The notes below the pieces were generated by a model. The model was not told the origin of the DNA. It saw only the letters and a list, made by a program, of their open reading frames with translations, and ran no database searches. This document shows positions 26,101 through 41,100 of a stretch of 64,000 nucleotides of DNA, piece by piece. The DNA lies in the NCBI GenBank assembly GCA_051362555.1, contig JBPQGU010000016.1, positions 62,001-126,000 on the forward strand, in the 5' to 3' direction. Both the position numbers and the translations under genes were made by a program. This stretch comes from Lingula anatina (lineage: Eukaryota; Animalia; Brachiopoda). Position 1 is the stretch's first letter; every line of letters starts with the position of its first letter.

Positions 26101-29100
26101 GGGAGAGTTACCACGCAGCCATGACAGCTCCGTTGTGGCGATGTAATCGGATGGAAACTTTCAACCTCGTCACGGAAGGCGCCAGATTGGGTGCACATGT
26201 GTAGCCCTGCTGTCGCAATCGATAATCCGGGTGCCGCATTTCGGCCCACGCAACCCCAGTCCCCGACATGAACGGTAAAATTCATGATGTACACGAAGCC
26301 GTGTTTGACAACCCGACTCGGAGCTCGGAGTTTGTTTTATACTAAGATTGATTTTGGCTTTACCCATGATATTAAAGAGTACAGTGGGATCAGAGGCGGT
26401 GCACAACCGACGGGTTTTACTTTTAGCGAGACCATATAGGAGGAGAGAATTAATAATAATAAAAAAAATACATTCAAGTGTTTAATTACTGGCGCGATTG
26501 CAGCCTTGGAAAATTTCGCGTAAAACATATTTGGCAAAGAATTCCGCCGAGGAGATATCGTTTTTCTATCGAACACGGTTAACAGGTGGTATGACGTGCT
26601 GTTATACCGGAAAAGCTACAGAATCGAAACAAGTTGGATCGTATTCATTGATAGGCCTGCTCTGTACATTCCTAGTAATAAAGATGACTTCGGATGCTGT
26701 TATTTTCATTTGGTTTTGCATTGAGATAACGTTTGGTTTCACCTTTGACGTTGTAGAGCACGATGACGTCCACAGCCGTTCACACCTCGGCGGTTTTAGT
26801 ATTGAGTAGTCTTTACTCTTTCCAGTGTCGACTGCGGACATGCCCCGGGAAGTGTATGAACATATGAACAGTCTTGAGAACCAAGGGCCCAAGACAGGAA
26901 AGGAGGGGCTTAAAAAGACGAAACGGGTGCCTGATAAAAGGAGTGGAGGTGACGCGACTTTTGTATAAAATCAAAAGTTTTCTCTCTGCTAATCCCAGCA
27001 AAAAGATGGCACATTTTGACGGAATGCAAGCCATACGGAGTTAGCTATAGCTCAATTTAAGTTCAAGATCTGTGGCACCAATATAATGACTTTTAAGTGA
27101 AGAGAAAAGAAATATAATTGTCGACGCAGATGTAAACTTTCTAAAGTATACCGTATTATTATGCAAAAGGTAATTTGCTAAGTCCCACGGACGTCCTCAT
27201 TCGTTCTCGTCTGGTGGCATCCCGATTCAGGGGCCAGGTCGTTGTCGTGATGGACTGACCTGCCTCATCCGGGACTCGAACCCGTGACTTTGCGTTACCA
27301 AGGTTGATGACGCTTTGGATGTGTCATTTGCATCCATGCACGCTACCGACTGCTCCGTGACTGACCCGCCCACCCTCCGTACGTGCGAGTTTCCTCTTAT
27401 AGTAATCAATCGCAATTTTTAAAAAGTTAATTCTGGCAAAAATATTGTCACAGTAGCTGCTGGGACTCGAACCGGCGTTCGAGCGACTGCCTGCATGCAA
27501 GACAGGAGAGTTACCACGCAGCCACGACAGCTCCTTAGTGGCGAAGTAATCGGATGGAAACTTTCAACCTCGTCACCGAAGGCGCCAAATTGGGTGCACA
27601 TGTGTAGTCCTGCTGTCGCAATCGATAATCCGGGTGCCGCATTTCGGCCCACGCAACCCCAGTCACCGACATGAACGGTAAAATTCATGATGTACACGAA
27701 GCCGTGTTTGACAACCCGACTCGGAGCTCGGAGTTTGTTTTATACTAAGATTGATTTTGGCTTTACCCATGATATTAAAGAGTACAGTGGGATCAGAGGC
27801 GGTGCACAACCGACGGGTTTTACTTTTAGCGAGACCATATAGGAGGAGAGAATTAATTAAAAAAAAAATACATTCAAGTGTTTAATTACTGGCGCGATTG
27901 CAGCCTTGGAAAATTTCGCGTAAAACATATTTGGCAAAGAATTCCGCCGAGGAGATATCGTTTTTCTATCGAACACGGTTAACAGGTGGTATGACGTGCT
28001 GTTATACCGGAAAAGCTACAGAATCGAAACAAGTTGGATCGTATTCATTGATAGGCCTGCTCTGTACATTCCTAGTAATAAAGATGACTTCGGATGCTGT
28101 TATTTTCATTTGGTTTTGCATTGAGATAACGTTTGGTTTCACCTTTGACGTTGTAGAGCACGATGACGTCCACAGCCGTTCACACCTCGGCGGTTTTAGT
28201 ATTGAGTAGTCTTTACTCTTTCCAGTGTCGACTGCGGACATGCCCCGGGAAGTGTATGAACATATGAACAGTCTTGAGAACCAAGGGCCCAAGACAGGAA
28301 AGGAGGGGCTTAAAAAGACGAAACGGGTGCCTGATAAAAGGAGTGGAGGTGACGCGACTTTTGTATAAAATCAAAAGTTTTCTCTCTGCTAATCCCAGCA
28401 AAAAGATGGCACATTTTGATGGAATGCAAGCCATACGGAGTTAGCTATAGCTCAATTGAAGTTCAAGATCTGTGGCACCAATATAATGACTTTTAAGTGA
28501 AGAGAAAAGAAATATAATTGTCGACGCAGATGTAAACTTTCTCAAGTATACCGTATTATTATGCAAAAGGTAATTTGCTAAGTCCCACGGGCTCCCTCAT
28601 TCGTTCTCGTCTGGTGGCATCCCGATTCAGGGGCCAGGTCGTTGTCGTGATGGACTGACCTGCCTCATCCGGGACTCGAACCCGTGACTTTGCGTTACCA
28701 AGGTTGATGACGCTTTGGATGTGTCATTTGCATCCATGCACGCTACCGACTGCTCCGTGACTGACCCGCCCACCCTCCGTACGTGCGAGTTTCCTCTTAT
28801 AGTAATCAATCGCAATTTTTAAAAAGTTAATTCTGGCAAAAATATTGTCACAGTAGCTGCTGGGACTCGAACCGGCGTTCGAGCGACTGCCTGCATGCAA
28901 GACAGGAGAGTTACCACGCAGCCACGACAGCTCCTTAGTGGCGAAGTAATCGGATGGAAACTTTCAACCTCGTCACCGAAGGCGCCAGATTGGGTGCACA
29001 TGTGTAGTCCTGCTGTCGCAATCGATAATCCGGGTGCCGCATTTCGGCCCACGCAACCCCAGTCACCGACATGAACGGTAAAATTCATGATGTACACGAA

Positions 29101-32100
29101 GCCGTGTTTGACAACCCGACTCGGAGCTCGGAGTTTGTTTTATACTAAGATTGATTTTGGCTTTACCCATGATATTAAAGAGTACAGTGGGATCAGAGGC
29201 GGTGCACAACCGACGGGTTTTACTTTTAGCGAGACCATATAGGAGGAGAGAATTAATAATAATAAAAAAAAATACATTCAAGTGTTTAATTACTGGCGCG
29301 ATTGCAGCCCTGGAAAATTTCGCGTAAAACATATTTGGCAAAGAATTCCGCCGAGGAGATATCGTTTTTCTATCGAACACGGTTAACAGGTGGTATGACG
29401 TGCTGTTATACCGGAAAAGCTACAGAATCGAAACAAGTTGGATCGTATTCATTGATAGGCCTGCTCTGTACATTCCTAGTAATAAAGATGACTTCGGATG
29501 CTGTTATTTTCATTTGGTTTTGCATTGAGATAACGTTTGGTTTCACCTTTGACGTTGTAGAGCACGATGACGTCCACAGCCGTTCACACCTCGGCGGTTT
29601 TAGTATTGAGTAGTCTTTACTCTTTCCAGTGTCGACTGCGGACATGCCCCGGGAAGTGTATGAACATATGAACAGTCTTGAGAACCAAGGGCCCAAGACA
29701 GGAAAGGAGGGGCTTAAAAAGACGAAACGGGTGCCTGATAAAAGGAGTGGAGGTGACGCGACTTTTGTATAAAATCAAAAGTTTTCTCTCTGCTAATCCC
29801 AGCAAAAAGATGGCACATTTTGACGGAATGCAAGCCATACGGAGTTAGCTATAGCTCAATTTAAGTTCAAGATCTGTGGCACCAATATAATGACTTTTAA
29901 GTGAAGAGAAAAGAAATATAATTGTCGACGCAGATGTAAACTTTCTAAAGTATACCGTATTATTATGCAAAAGGTAATTTGCTAAGTCCCACGGGCGCCC
30001 TCATTCGTTCTCGTCTGGTGGCATCCCGATTCAGGGGCCAGGTCGTTGTCGTGATGGACTGACCTGCCTCATCCGGGACTCGAACCCGTGACTTTGCGTT
30101 ACCAAGGTTGATGACGCTTTGGATGTGTCATTTGCATCCATGCACGCTACCGACTGCTCCGTGACTGACCCGCCCACCCTCCGTACGTGCGAGTTTCCTC
30201 TTATAGTAATCAATCGCAATTTTTAAAAAGTTAATTCCGGCAAAAATATTGTCACAGTAGCTGCTGGGACTCGAACCGGCGTTCGAGCGACTGCCTGCAT
30301 GCAAGACGGGAGAGTTACCACGCAGCCATGACAGCTCCGTTGTGGCGATGTAATCGGATGGAAACTTTCAACCTCGTCACGGAAGGCGCCAGATTGGGTG
30401 CACATGTGTAGCCCTGCTGTCGCAATCGATAATCCGGGTGCCGCATTTCGGCCCACGCAACCCCAGTCCCCGACATGAACGGTAAAATTCATGATGTACA
30501 CGAAGCCGTGTTTGACAACCCGACTCGGAGCTCGGAGTTTGTTTTATACTAAGATTGATTTTGGCTTTACCCATGATATTAAAGAGTACAGTGGGATCAG
30601 AGGCGGTGCACAACCGACGGGTTTTACTTTTAGCGAGACCATATAGGAGGAGAGAATTAATAATAATAAAAAAAATACATTCAAGTGTTTAATTACTGGC
30701 GCGATTGCAGCCTTGGAAAATTTCGCGTAAAACATATTTGGCAAAGAATTCCGCCGAGGAGATATCGTTTTTCTATCGAACACGGTTAACAGGTGGTATG
30801 ACGTGCTGTTATACCGGAAAAGCTACAGAATCGAAACAAGTTGGATCGTATTCATTGATAGGCCTGCTCTGTACATTCCTAGTAATAAAGATGACTTCGG
30901 ATGCTGTTATTTTCATTTGGTTTTGCATTGAGATAACGTTTGGTTTCACCTTTGACGTTGTAGAGCACGATGACGTCCACAGCCGTTCACACCTCGGCGG
31001 TTTTAGTATTGAGTAGTCTTTACTCTTTCCAGTGTCGACTGCGGACATGCCCCGGGAAGTGTATGAACATATGAACAGTCTTGAGAACCAAGGGCCCAAG
31101 ACAGGAAAGGAGGGGCTTAAAAAGACGAAACGGGTGCCTGATAAAAGGAGTGGAGGTGACGCGACTTTTGTATAAAATCAAAAGTTTTCTCTCTGCTAAT
31201 CCCAGCAAAAAGATGGCACATTTTGACGGAATGCAAGCCATACGGAGTTAGCTATAGCTCAATTTAAGTTCAAGATCTGTGGCACCAATATAATGACTTT
31301 TAAGTGAAGAGAAAAGAAATATAATTGTCGACGCAGATGTAAACTTTCTAAAGTATACCGTATTATTATGCAAAAGGTAATTTGCTAAGTCCCACGGACG
31401 TCCTCATTCGTTCTCGTCTGGTGGCATCCCGATTCAGGGGCCAGGTCGTTGTCGTGATGGACTGACCTGCCTCATCCGGGACTCGAACCCGTGACTTTGC
31501 GTTACCAAGGTTGATGACGCTTTGGATGTGTCATTTGCATCCATGCACGCTACCGACTGCTCCGTGACTGACCCGCCCACCCTCCGTACGTGCGAGTTTC
31601 CTCTTATAGTAATCAATCGCAATTTTTAAAAAGTTAATTCTGGCAAAAATATTGTCACAGTAGCTGCTGGGACTCGAACCGGCGTTCGAGCGACTGCCTG
31701 CATGCAAGACAGGAGAGTTACCACGCAGCCACGACAGCTCCTTAGTGGCGAAATAATCGGATGGAAACTTTCAACCTCGTCACCGAAGGCGCCAGATTGG
31801 GTGCACATGTGTAGTCCTGCTGTCGCAATCGATAATCCGGGTGCCGCATTTCGGCCCACGCAACCCCAGTCACCGACATGAACGGTAAAATTCATGATGT
31901 ACACGAAGCCGTGTTTGACAACCCGACTCGGAGCTCGGAGTTTGTTTTATACTAAGATTGATTTTGGCTTTTCCCATGATATTAAAGAGTACAGTGGGAT
32001 CAGAGGCGGTGCACAACCGACGGGTTTTACTTTTAGCGAGACCATATAGGAGGAGAGAATTAATTAAAAAAAAAATACATTCAAGTGTTTAATTACTGGC

Positions 32101-35100
32101 GCGATTGCAGCCTTGGAAAATTTCGCGTAAAACATATTTGGCAAAGAATTCCGCCGAGGAGATATCGTTTTTCTATCGAACACGGTTAACAGGTGGTATG
32201 ACGTGCTGTTATACCGGAAAAGCTACAGAATCGAAACAAGTTGGATCGTATTCATTGATAGGCCTGCTCTGTACATTCCTAGTAATAAAGATGACTTCGG
32301 ATGCTGTTATTTTCATTTGGTTTTGCATTGAGATAACGTTTGGTTTCACCTTTGACGTTGTAGAGCACGATGACGTCCACAGCCGTTCACACCTCGGCGG
32401 TTTTAGTATTGAGTAGTCTTTACTCTTTCCAGTGTCGACTGCGGACATGCCCCGGGAAGTGTATGAACATATGAACAGTCTTGAGAACCAAGGGCCCAAG
32501 ACAGGAAAGGAGGGGCTTAAAAAGACGAAACGGGTGCCTGATAAAAGGAGTGGAGGTGACGCGACTTTTGTATAAAATCAAAAGTTTTCTCTCTGCTAAT
32601 CCCAGCAAAAAGATGGCACATTTTGACGGAATGCAAGCCATACGGAGTTAGCTATAGCTCAATTTAAGTTCAAGATCTGTGGCACCAATATAATGACTTT
32701 TAAGTGAAGAGAAAAGAAATATAATTGTCGACGCAGATGTAAACTTTCTAAAGTATACCGTATTATTATGCAAAAGGTAATTTGCTAAGTCCCACGGGCG
32801 CCCTCATTCGTTCTCGTCTGGTGGCATCCCGATTCAGGGGCCAGGTCGTTGTCGTGATGGACTGACCTGCCTCATCCGGGACTCGAACCCGTGACTTTGC
32901 GTTACCAAGGTTGATGACGCTTTGGATGTGTCATTTGCATCCATGCACGCTACCGACTGCTCCGTGACTGACCCGCCCACCCTCCGTACGTGCGAGTTTC
33001 CTCTTATAGTAATCAATCGCAATTTTTAAAAAGTTAATTCCGGCAAAAATATTGTCACAGTAGCTGCTGGGACTCGAACCGGCGTTCGAGCGACTGCCTG
33101 CATGCAAGACGGGAGAGTTACCACGCAGCCATGACAGCTCCGTTGTGGCGATGTAATCGGATGGAAACTTTCAACCTCGTCACGGAAGGCGCCAGATTGG
33201 GTGCACATGTGTAGCCCTGCTGTCGCAATCGATAATCCGGGTGCCGCATTTCGGCCCACGCAACCCCAGTCCCCGACATGAACGGTAAAATTCATGATGT
33301 ACACGAAGCCGTGTTTGACAACCCGACTCGGAGCTCGGAGTTTGTTTTATACTAAGATTGATTTTGGCTTTACCCATGATATTAAAGAGTACAGTGGGAT
33401 CAGAGGCGGTGCACAACCGACGGGTTTTACTTTTAGCGAGACCATATAGGAGGAGAGAATTAATAATAATAAAAAAAATACATTCAAGTGTTTAATTACT
33501 GGCGCGATTGCAGCCTTGGAAAATTTCGCGTAAAACATATTTGGCAAAGAATTCCGCCGAGGAGATATCGTTTTTCTATCGAACACGGTTAACAGGTGGT
33601 ATGACGTGCTGTTATACCGGAAAAGCTACAGAATCGAAACAAGTTGGATCGTATTCATTGATAGGCCTGCTCTGTACATTCCTAGTAATAAAGATGACTT
33701 CGGATGCTGTTATTTTCATTTGGTTTTGCATTGAGATAACGTTTGGTTTCACCTTTGACGTTGTAGAGCACGATGACGTCCACAGCCGTTCACACCTCGG
33801 CGGTTTTAGTATTGAGTAGTCTTTACTCTTTCCAGTGTCGACTGCGGACATGCCCCGGGAAGTGTATGAACATATGAACAGTCTTGAGAACCAAGGGCCC
33901 AAGACAGGAAAGGAGGGGCTTAAAAAGACGAAACGGGTGCCTGATAAAAGGAGTGGAGGTGACGCGACTTTTGTATAAAATCAAAAGTTTTCTCTCTGCT
34001 AATCCCAGCAAAAAGATGGCACATTTTGACGGAATGCAAGCCATACGGAGTTAGCTATAGCTCAATTTAAGTTCAAGATCTGTGGCACCAATATAATGAC
34101 TTTTAAGTGAAGAGAAAAGAAATATAATTGTCGACGCAGATGTAAACTTTCTAAAGTATACCGTATTATTATGCAAAAGGTAATTTGCTAAGTCCCACGG
34201 GCGCCCTCATTCGTTCTCGTCTGGTGGCATCCCGATTCAGGGGCCAGGTCGTTGTCGTGATGGACTGACCTGCCTCATCCGGGACTCGAACCCGTGACTT
34301 TGCGTTACCAAGGTTGATGACGCTTTGGATGTGTCATTTGCATCCATGCACGCTACCGACTGCTCCGTGACTGACCCGCCCACCCTCCGTACGTGCGAGT
34401 TTCCTCTTATAGTAATCAATCGCAATTTTTAAAAAGTTAATTCCGGCAAAAATATTGTCACAGTAGCTGCTGGGACTCGAACCGGCGTTCGAGCGACTGC
34501 CTGCATGCAAGACGGGAGAGTTACCACGCAGCCATGACAGCTCCGTTGTGGCGATGTAATCGGATGGAAACTTTCAACCTCGTCACGGAAGGCGCCAGAT
34601 TGGGTGCACATGTGTAGCCCTGCTGTCGCAATCGATAATCCGGGTGCCGCATTTCGGCCCACGCAACCCCAGTCCCCGACATGAACGGTAAAATTCATGA
34701 TGTACACGAAGCCGTGTTTGACAACCCGACTCGGAGCTCGGAGTTTGTTTTATACTAAGATTGATTTTGGCTTTACCCATGATATTAAAGAGTACAGTGG
34801 GATCAGAGGCGGTGCACAACCGACGGGTTTTACTTTTAGCGAGACCATATAGGAGGAGAGAATTAATAATAATAAAAAAAATACATTCAAGTGTTTAATT
34901 ACTGGCGCGATTGCAGCCTTGGAAAATTTCGCGTAAAACATATTTGGCAAAGAATTCCGCCGAGGAGATATCGTTTTTCTATCGAACACGGTTAACAGGT
35001 GGTATGACGTGCTGTTATACCGGAAAAGCTACAGAATCGAAACAAGTTGGATCGTATTCATTGATAGGCCTGCTCTGTACATTCCTAGTAATAAAGATGA

Positions 35101-38100
35101 CTTCGGATGCTGTTATTTTCATTTGGTTTTGCATTGAGATAACGTTTGGTTTCACCTTTGACGTTGTAGAGCACGATGACGTCCACAGCCGTTCACACCT
35201 CGGCGGTTTTAGTATTGAGTAGTCTTTACTCTTTCCAGTGTCGACTGCGGACATGCCCCGGGAAGTGTATGAACATATGAACAGTCTTGAGAACCAAGGG
35301 CCCAAGACAGGAAAGGAGGGGCTTAAAAAGACGAAACGGGTGCCTGATAAAAGGAGTGGAGGTGACGCGACTTTTGTATAAAATCAAAAGTTTTCTCTCT
35401 GCTAATCCCAGCAAAAAGATGGCACATTTTGACGGAATGCAAGCCATACGGAGTTAGCTATAGCTCAATTTAAGTTCAAGATCTGTGGCACCAATATAAT
35501 GACTTTTAAGTGAAGAGAAAAGAAATATAATTGTCGACGCAGATGTAAACTTTCTAAAGTATACCGTATTATTATGCAAAAGGTAATTTGCTAAGTCCCA
35601 CGGACGTCCTCATTCGTTCTCGTCTGGTGGCATCCCGATTCAGGGGCCAGGTCGTTGTCGTGATGGACTGACCTGCCTCATCCGGGACTCGAACCCGTGA
35701 CTTTGCGTTACCAAGGTTGATGACGCTTTGGATGTGTCATTTGCATCCATGCACGCTACCGACTGCTCCGTGACTGACCCGCCCACCCTCCGTACGTGCG
35801 AGTTTCCTCTTATAGTAATCAATCGCAATTTTTAAAAAGTTAATTCTGGCAAAAATATTGTCACAGTAGCTGCTGGGACTCGAACCGGCGTTCGAGCGAC
35901 TGCCTGCATGCAAGACAGGAGAGTTACCACGCAGCCACGACAGCTCCTTAGTGGCGAAGTAATCGGATGGAAACTTTCAACCTCGTCACGGAAGGCGCCA
36001 GATTGGGTGCACATGTGTAGCCCTGCTGTCGCAATCGATAATCCGGGTGCCGCATTTCGGCCCACGCAACCCCAGTCACCGACATGAACGGTAAAATTCA
36101 TGATGTACACGAAGCCGTGTTTGACAACCCGACTCGGAGCTCGGAGTTTGTTTTATACTAAGATTGATTTTGGCTTTACCCATGATATTAAAGAGTACAG
36201 TGGGATCAGAGGCGGTGCACAACCGACGGGTTTTACTTTTAGCGAGACCATATAGGAGGAGAGAATTAATAATAATAAAAAAAATACATTCAAGTGTTTA
36301 ATTACTGGCGCGATTGCAGCCTTGGAAAATTTCGCGTAAAACATATTTGGCAAAGAATTCCGCCGAGGAGATATCGTTTTTCTATCGAACACGGTTAACA
36401 GGTGGTATGACGTGCTGTTATACCGGAAAAGCTACAGAATCGAAACAAGTTGGATCGTATTCATTGATAGGCCTGCTCTGTACATTCCTAGTAATAAAGA
36501 TGACTTCGGATGCTGTTATTTTCATTTGGTTTTGCATTGAGATAACGTTTGGTTTCACCTTTGACGTTGTAGAGCACGATGACGTCCACAGCCGTTCACA
36601 CCTCGGCGGTTTTAGTATTGAGTAGTCTTTACTCTTTCCAGTGTCGACTGCGGACATGCCCCGGGAAGTGTATGAACATATGAACAGTCTTGAGAACCAA
36701 GGGCCCAAGACAGGAAAGGAGGGGCTTAAAAAGACGAAACGGGTGCCTGATAAAAGGAGTGGAGGTGACGCGACTTTTGTATAAAATCAAAAGTTTTCTC
36801 TCTGCTAATCCCAGCAAAAAGATGGCACATTTTGACGGAATGCAAGCCATACGGAGTTAGCTATAGCTCAATTTAAGTTCAAGATCTGTGGCACCAATAT
36901 AATGACTTTTAAGTGAAGAGAAAAGAAATATAATTGTCGACGCAGATGTAAACTTTCTAAAGTATACCGTATTATTATGCAAAAGGTAATTTGCTAAGTC
37001 CCACGGACGTCCTCATTCGTTCTCGTCTGGTGGCATCCCGATTCAGGGGCCAGGTCGTTGTCGTGATGGACTGACCTGCCTCATCCGGGACTCGAACCCG
37101 TGACTTTGCGTTACCAAGGTTGATGACGCTTTGGATGTGTCATTTGCATCCATGCACGCTACCGACTGCTCCGTGACTGACCCGCCCACCCTCCGTACGT
37201 GCGAGTTTCCTCTTATAGTAATCAATCGCAATTTTTAAAAAGTTAATTCTGGCAAAAATATTGTCACAGTAGCTGCTGGGACTCGAACCGGCGTTCGAGC
37301 GACTGCCTGCATGCAAGACAGGAGAGTTACCACGCAGCCACGACAGCTCCTTAGTGGCGAAGTAATCGGATGAAAACTTTCAACCTCGTCACCGAAGGCG
37401 CCAGATTGGGTGCACATGTGTAGTCCTGCTGTCGCAATCGATAATCCGGGTGCCGCATTTCGGCCCACGCAACCCCAGTCACCGACATGAACGGTAAAAT
37501 TCATGATGTACACGAAGCCGTGTTTGACAACCCGACTCGGAGCTCGGAGTTTGTTTTATACTAAGATTGATTTTGGCTTTACCCATGATATTAAAGAGTA
37601 CAGTGGGATCAGAGGCGGTGCACAACCGACGGGTTTTACTTTTAGCGAGACCATATAGGAGGAGAGAATTAATAATAATAAAAAAAAAATACATTCAAGT
37701 GTTTAATTACTGGCGCGATTGCAGCCCTGGAAAATTTCGCGTAAAACATATTTGGCAAAGAATTCCGCCGAGGAGATATCGTTTTTCTATCGAACACGGT
37801 TAACAGGTGGTATGACGTGCTGTTATACCGGAAAAGCTACAGAATCGAAACAAGTTGGATCGTATTCATTGATAGGCCTGCTCTGTACATTCCTAGTAAT
37901 AAAGATGACTTCGGATGCTGTTATTTTCATTTGGTTTTGCATTGAGATAACGTTTGGTTTCACCTTTGACGTTGTAGAGCACGATGACGTCCACAGCCGT
38001 TCACACCTCGGCGGTTTTAGTATTGAGTAGTCTTTACTCTTTCCAGTGTCGACTGCGGACATGCCCCGGGAAGTGTATGAACATATGAACAGTCTTGAGA

Positions 38101-41100
38101 ACCAAGGGCCCAAGACAGGAAAGGAGGGGCTTAAAAAGACGAAACGGGTGCCTGATAAAAGGAGTGGAGGTGACGCGACTTTTGTATAAAATCAAAAGTT
38201 TTCTCTCTGCTAATCCCAGCAAAAAGATGGCACATTTTGACGGAATGCAAGCCATACGGAGTTAGCTATAGCTCAATTTAAGTTCAAGATCTGTGGCACC
38301 AATATAATGACTTTTAAGTGAAGAGAAAAGAAATATAATTGTCGACGCAGATGTAAACTTTCTAAAGTATACCGTATTATTATGCAAAAGGTAATTTGCT
38401 AAGTCCCACGGGCGCCCTCATTCGTTCTCGTCTGGTGGCATCCCGATTCAGGGGCCAGGTCGTTGTCGTGATGGACTGACCTGCCTCATCCGGGACTCGA
38501 ACCCGTGACTTTGCGTTACCAAGGTTGATGACGCTTTGGATGTGTCATTTGCATCCATGCACGCTACCGACTGCTCCGTGACTGACCCGCCCACCCTCCG
38601 TACGTGCGAGTTTCCTCTTATAGTAATCAATCGCAATTTTTAAAAAGTTAATTCCGGCAAAAATATTGTCACAGTAGCTGCTGGGACTCGAACCGGCGTT
38701 CGAGCGACTGCCTGCATGCAAGACGGGAGAGTTACCACGCAGCCATGACAGCTCCGTTGTGGCGATGTAATCGGATGGAAACTTTCAACCTCGTCACGGA
38801 AGGCGCCAGATTGGGTGCACATGTGTAGCCCTGCTGTCGCAATCGATAATCCGGGTGCCGCATTTCGGCCCACGCAACCCCAGTCCCCGACATGAACGGT
38901 AAAATTCATGATGTACACGAAGCCGTGTTTGACAACCCGACTCGGAGCTCGGAGTTTGTTTTATACTAAGATTGATTTTGGCTTTACCCATGATATTAAA
39001 GAGTACAGTGGGATCAGAGGCGGTGCACAACCGACGGGTTTTACTTTTAGCGAGACCATATAGGAGGAGAGAATTAATAATAATAAAAAAAATACATTCA
39101 AGTGTTTAATTACTGGCGCGATTGCAGCCTTGGAAAATTTCGCGTAAAACATATTTGGCAAAGAATTCCGCCGAGGAGATATCGTTTTTCTATCGAACAC
39201 GGTTAACAGGTGGTATGACGTGCTGTTATACCGGAAAAGCTACAGAATCGAAACAAGTTGGATCGTATTCATTGATAGGCCTGCTCTGTACATTCCTAGT
39301 AATAAAGATGACTTCGGATGCTGTTATTTTCATTTGGTTTTGCATTGAGATAACGTTTGGTTTCACCTTTGACGTTGTAGAGCACGATGACGTCCACAGC
39401 CGTTCACACCTCGGCGGTTTTAGTATTGAGTAGTCTTTACTCTTTCCAGTGTCGACTGCGGACATGCCCCGGGAAGTGTATGAACATATGAACAGTCTTG
39501 AGAACCAAGGGCCCAAGACAGGAAAGGAGGGGCTTAAAAAGACGAAACGGGTGCCTGATAAAAGGAGTGGAGGTGACGCGACTTTTGTATAAAATCAAAA
39601 GTTTTCTCTCTGCTAATCCCAGCAAAAAGATGGCACATTTTGATGGAATGCAAGCCATACGGAGTTAGCTATAGCTCAATTGAAGTTCAAGATCTGTGGC
39701 ACCAATATAATGACTTTTAAGTGAAGAGAAAAGAAATATAATTGTCGACGCAGATGTAAACTTTCTCAAGTATACCGTATTATTATGCAAAAGGTAATTT
39801 GCTAAGTCCCACGGGCTCCCTCATTCGTTCTCGTCTGGTGGCATCCCGATTCAGGGGCCAGGTCGTTGTCGTGATGGACTGACCTGCCTCATCCGGGACT
39901 CGAACCCGTGACTTTGCGTTACCAAGGTTGATGACGCTTTGGATGTGTCATTTGCATCCATGCACGCTACCGACTGCTCCGTGACTGACCCGCCCACCCT
40001 CCGTACGTGCGAGTTTCCTCTTATAGTAATCAATCGCAATTTTTAAAAAGTTAATTCTGGCAAAAATATTGTCACAGTAGCTGCTGGGACTCGAACCGGC
40101 GTTCGAGCGACTGCCTGCATGCAAGACAGGAGAGTTACCACGCAGCCACGACAGCTCCTTAGTGGCGAAGTAATCGGATGGAAACTTTCAACCTCGTCAC
40201 CGAAGGCGCCAGATTGGGTGCACATGTGTAGTCCTGCTGTCGCAATCGATAATCCGGGTGCCGCATTTCGGCCCACGCAACCCCAGTCACCGACATGAAC
40301 GGTAAAATTCATGATGTACACGAAGCCGTGTTTGACAACCCGACTCGGAGCTCGGAGTTTGTTTTATACTAAGATTGATTTTGGCTTTACCCATGATATT
40401 AAAGAGTACAGTGGGATCAGAGGCGGTGCACAACCGACGGGTTTTACTTTTAGCGAGACCATATAGGAGGAGAGAATTAATAATAATAAAAAAAAAATAC
40501 ATTCAAGTGTTTAATTACTGGCGCGATTGCAGCCCTGGAAAATTTCGCGTAAAACATATTTGGCAAAGAATTCCGCCGAGGAGATATCGTTTTTCTATCG
40601 AACACGGTTAACAGGTGGTATGACGTGCTGTTATACCGGAAAAGCTACAGAATCGAAACAAGTTGGATCGTATTCATTGATAGGCCTGCTCTGTACATTC
40701 CTAGTAATAAAGATGACTTCGGATGCTGTTATTTTCATTTGGTTTTGCATTGAGATAACGTTTGGTTTCACCTTTGACGTTGTAGAGCACGATGACGTCC
40801 ACAGCCGTTCACACCTCGGCGGTTTTAGTATTGAGTAGTCTTTACTCTTTCCAGTGTCGACTGCGGACATGCCCCGGGAAGTGTATGAACATATGAACAG
40901 TCTTGAGAACCAAGGGCCCAAGACAGGAAAGGAGGGGCTTAAAAAGACGAAACGGGTGCCTGATAAAAGGAGTGGAGGTGACGCGACTTTTGTATAAAAT
41001 CAAAAGTTTTCTCTCTGCTAATCCCAGCAAAAAGATGGCACATTTTGACGGAATGCAAGCCATACGGAGTTAGCTATAGCTCAATTTAAGTTCAAGATCT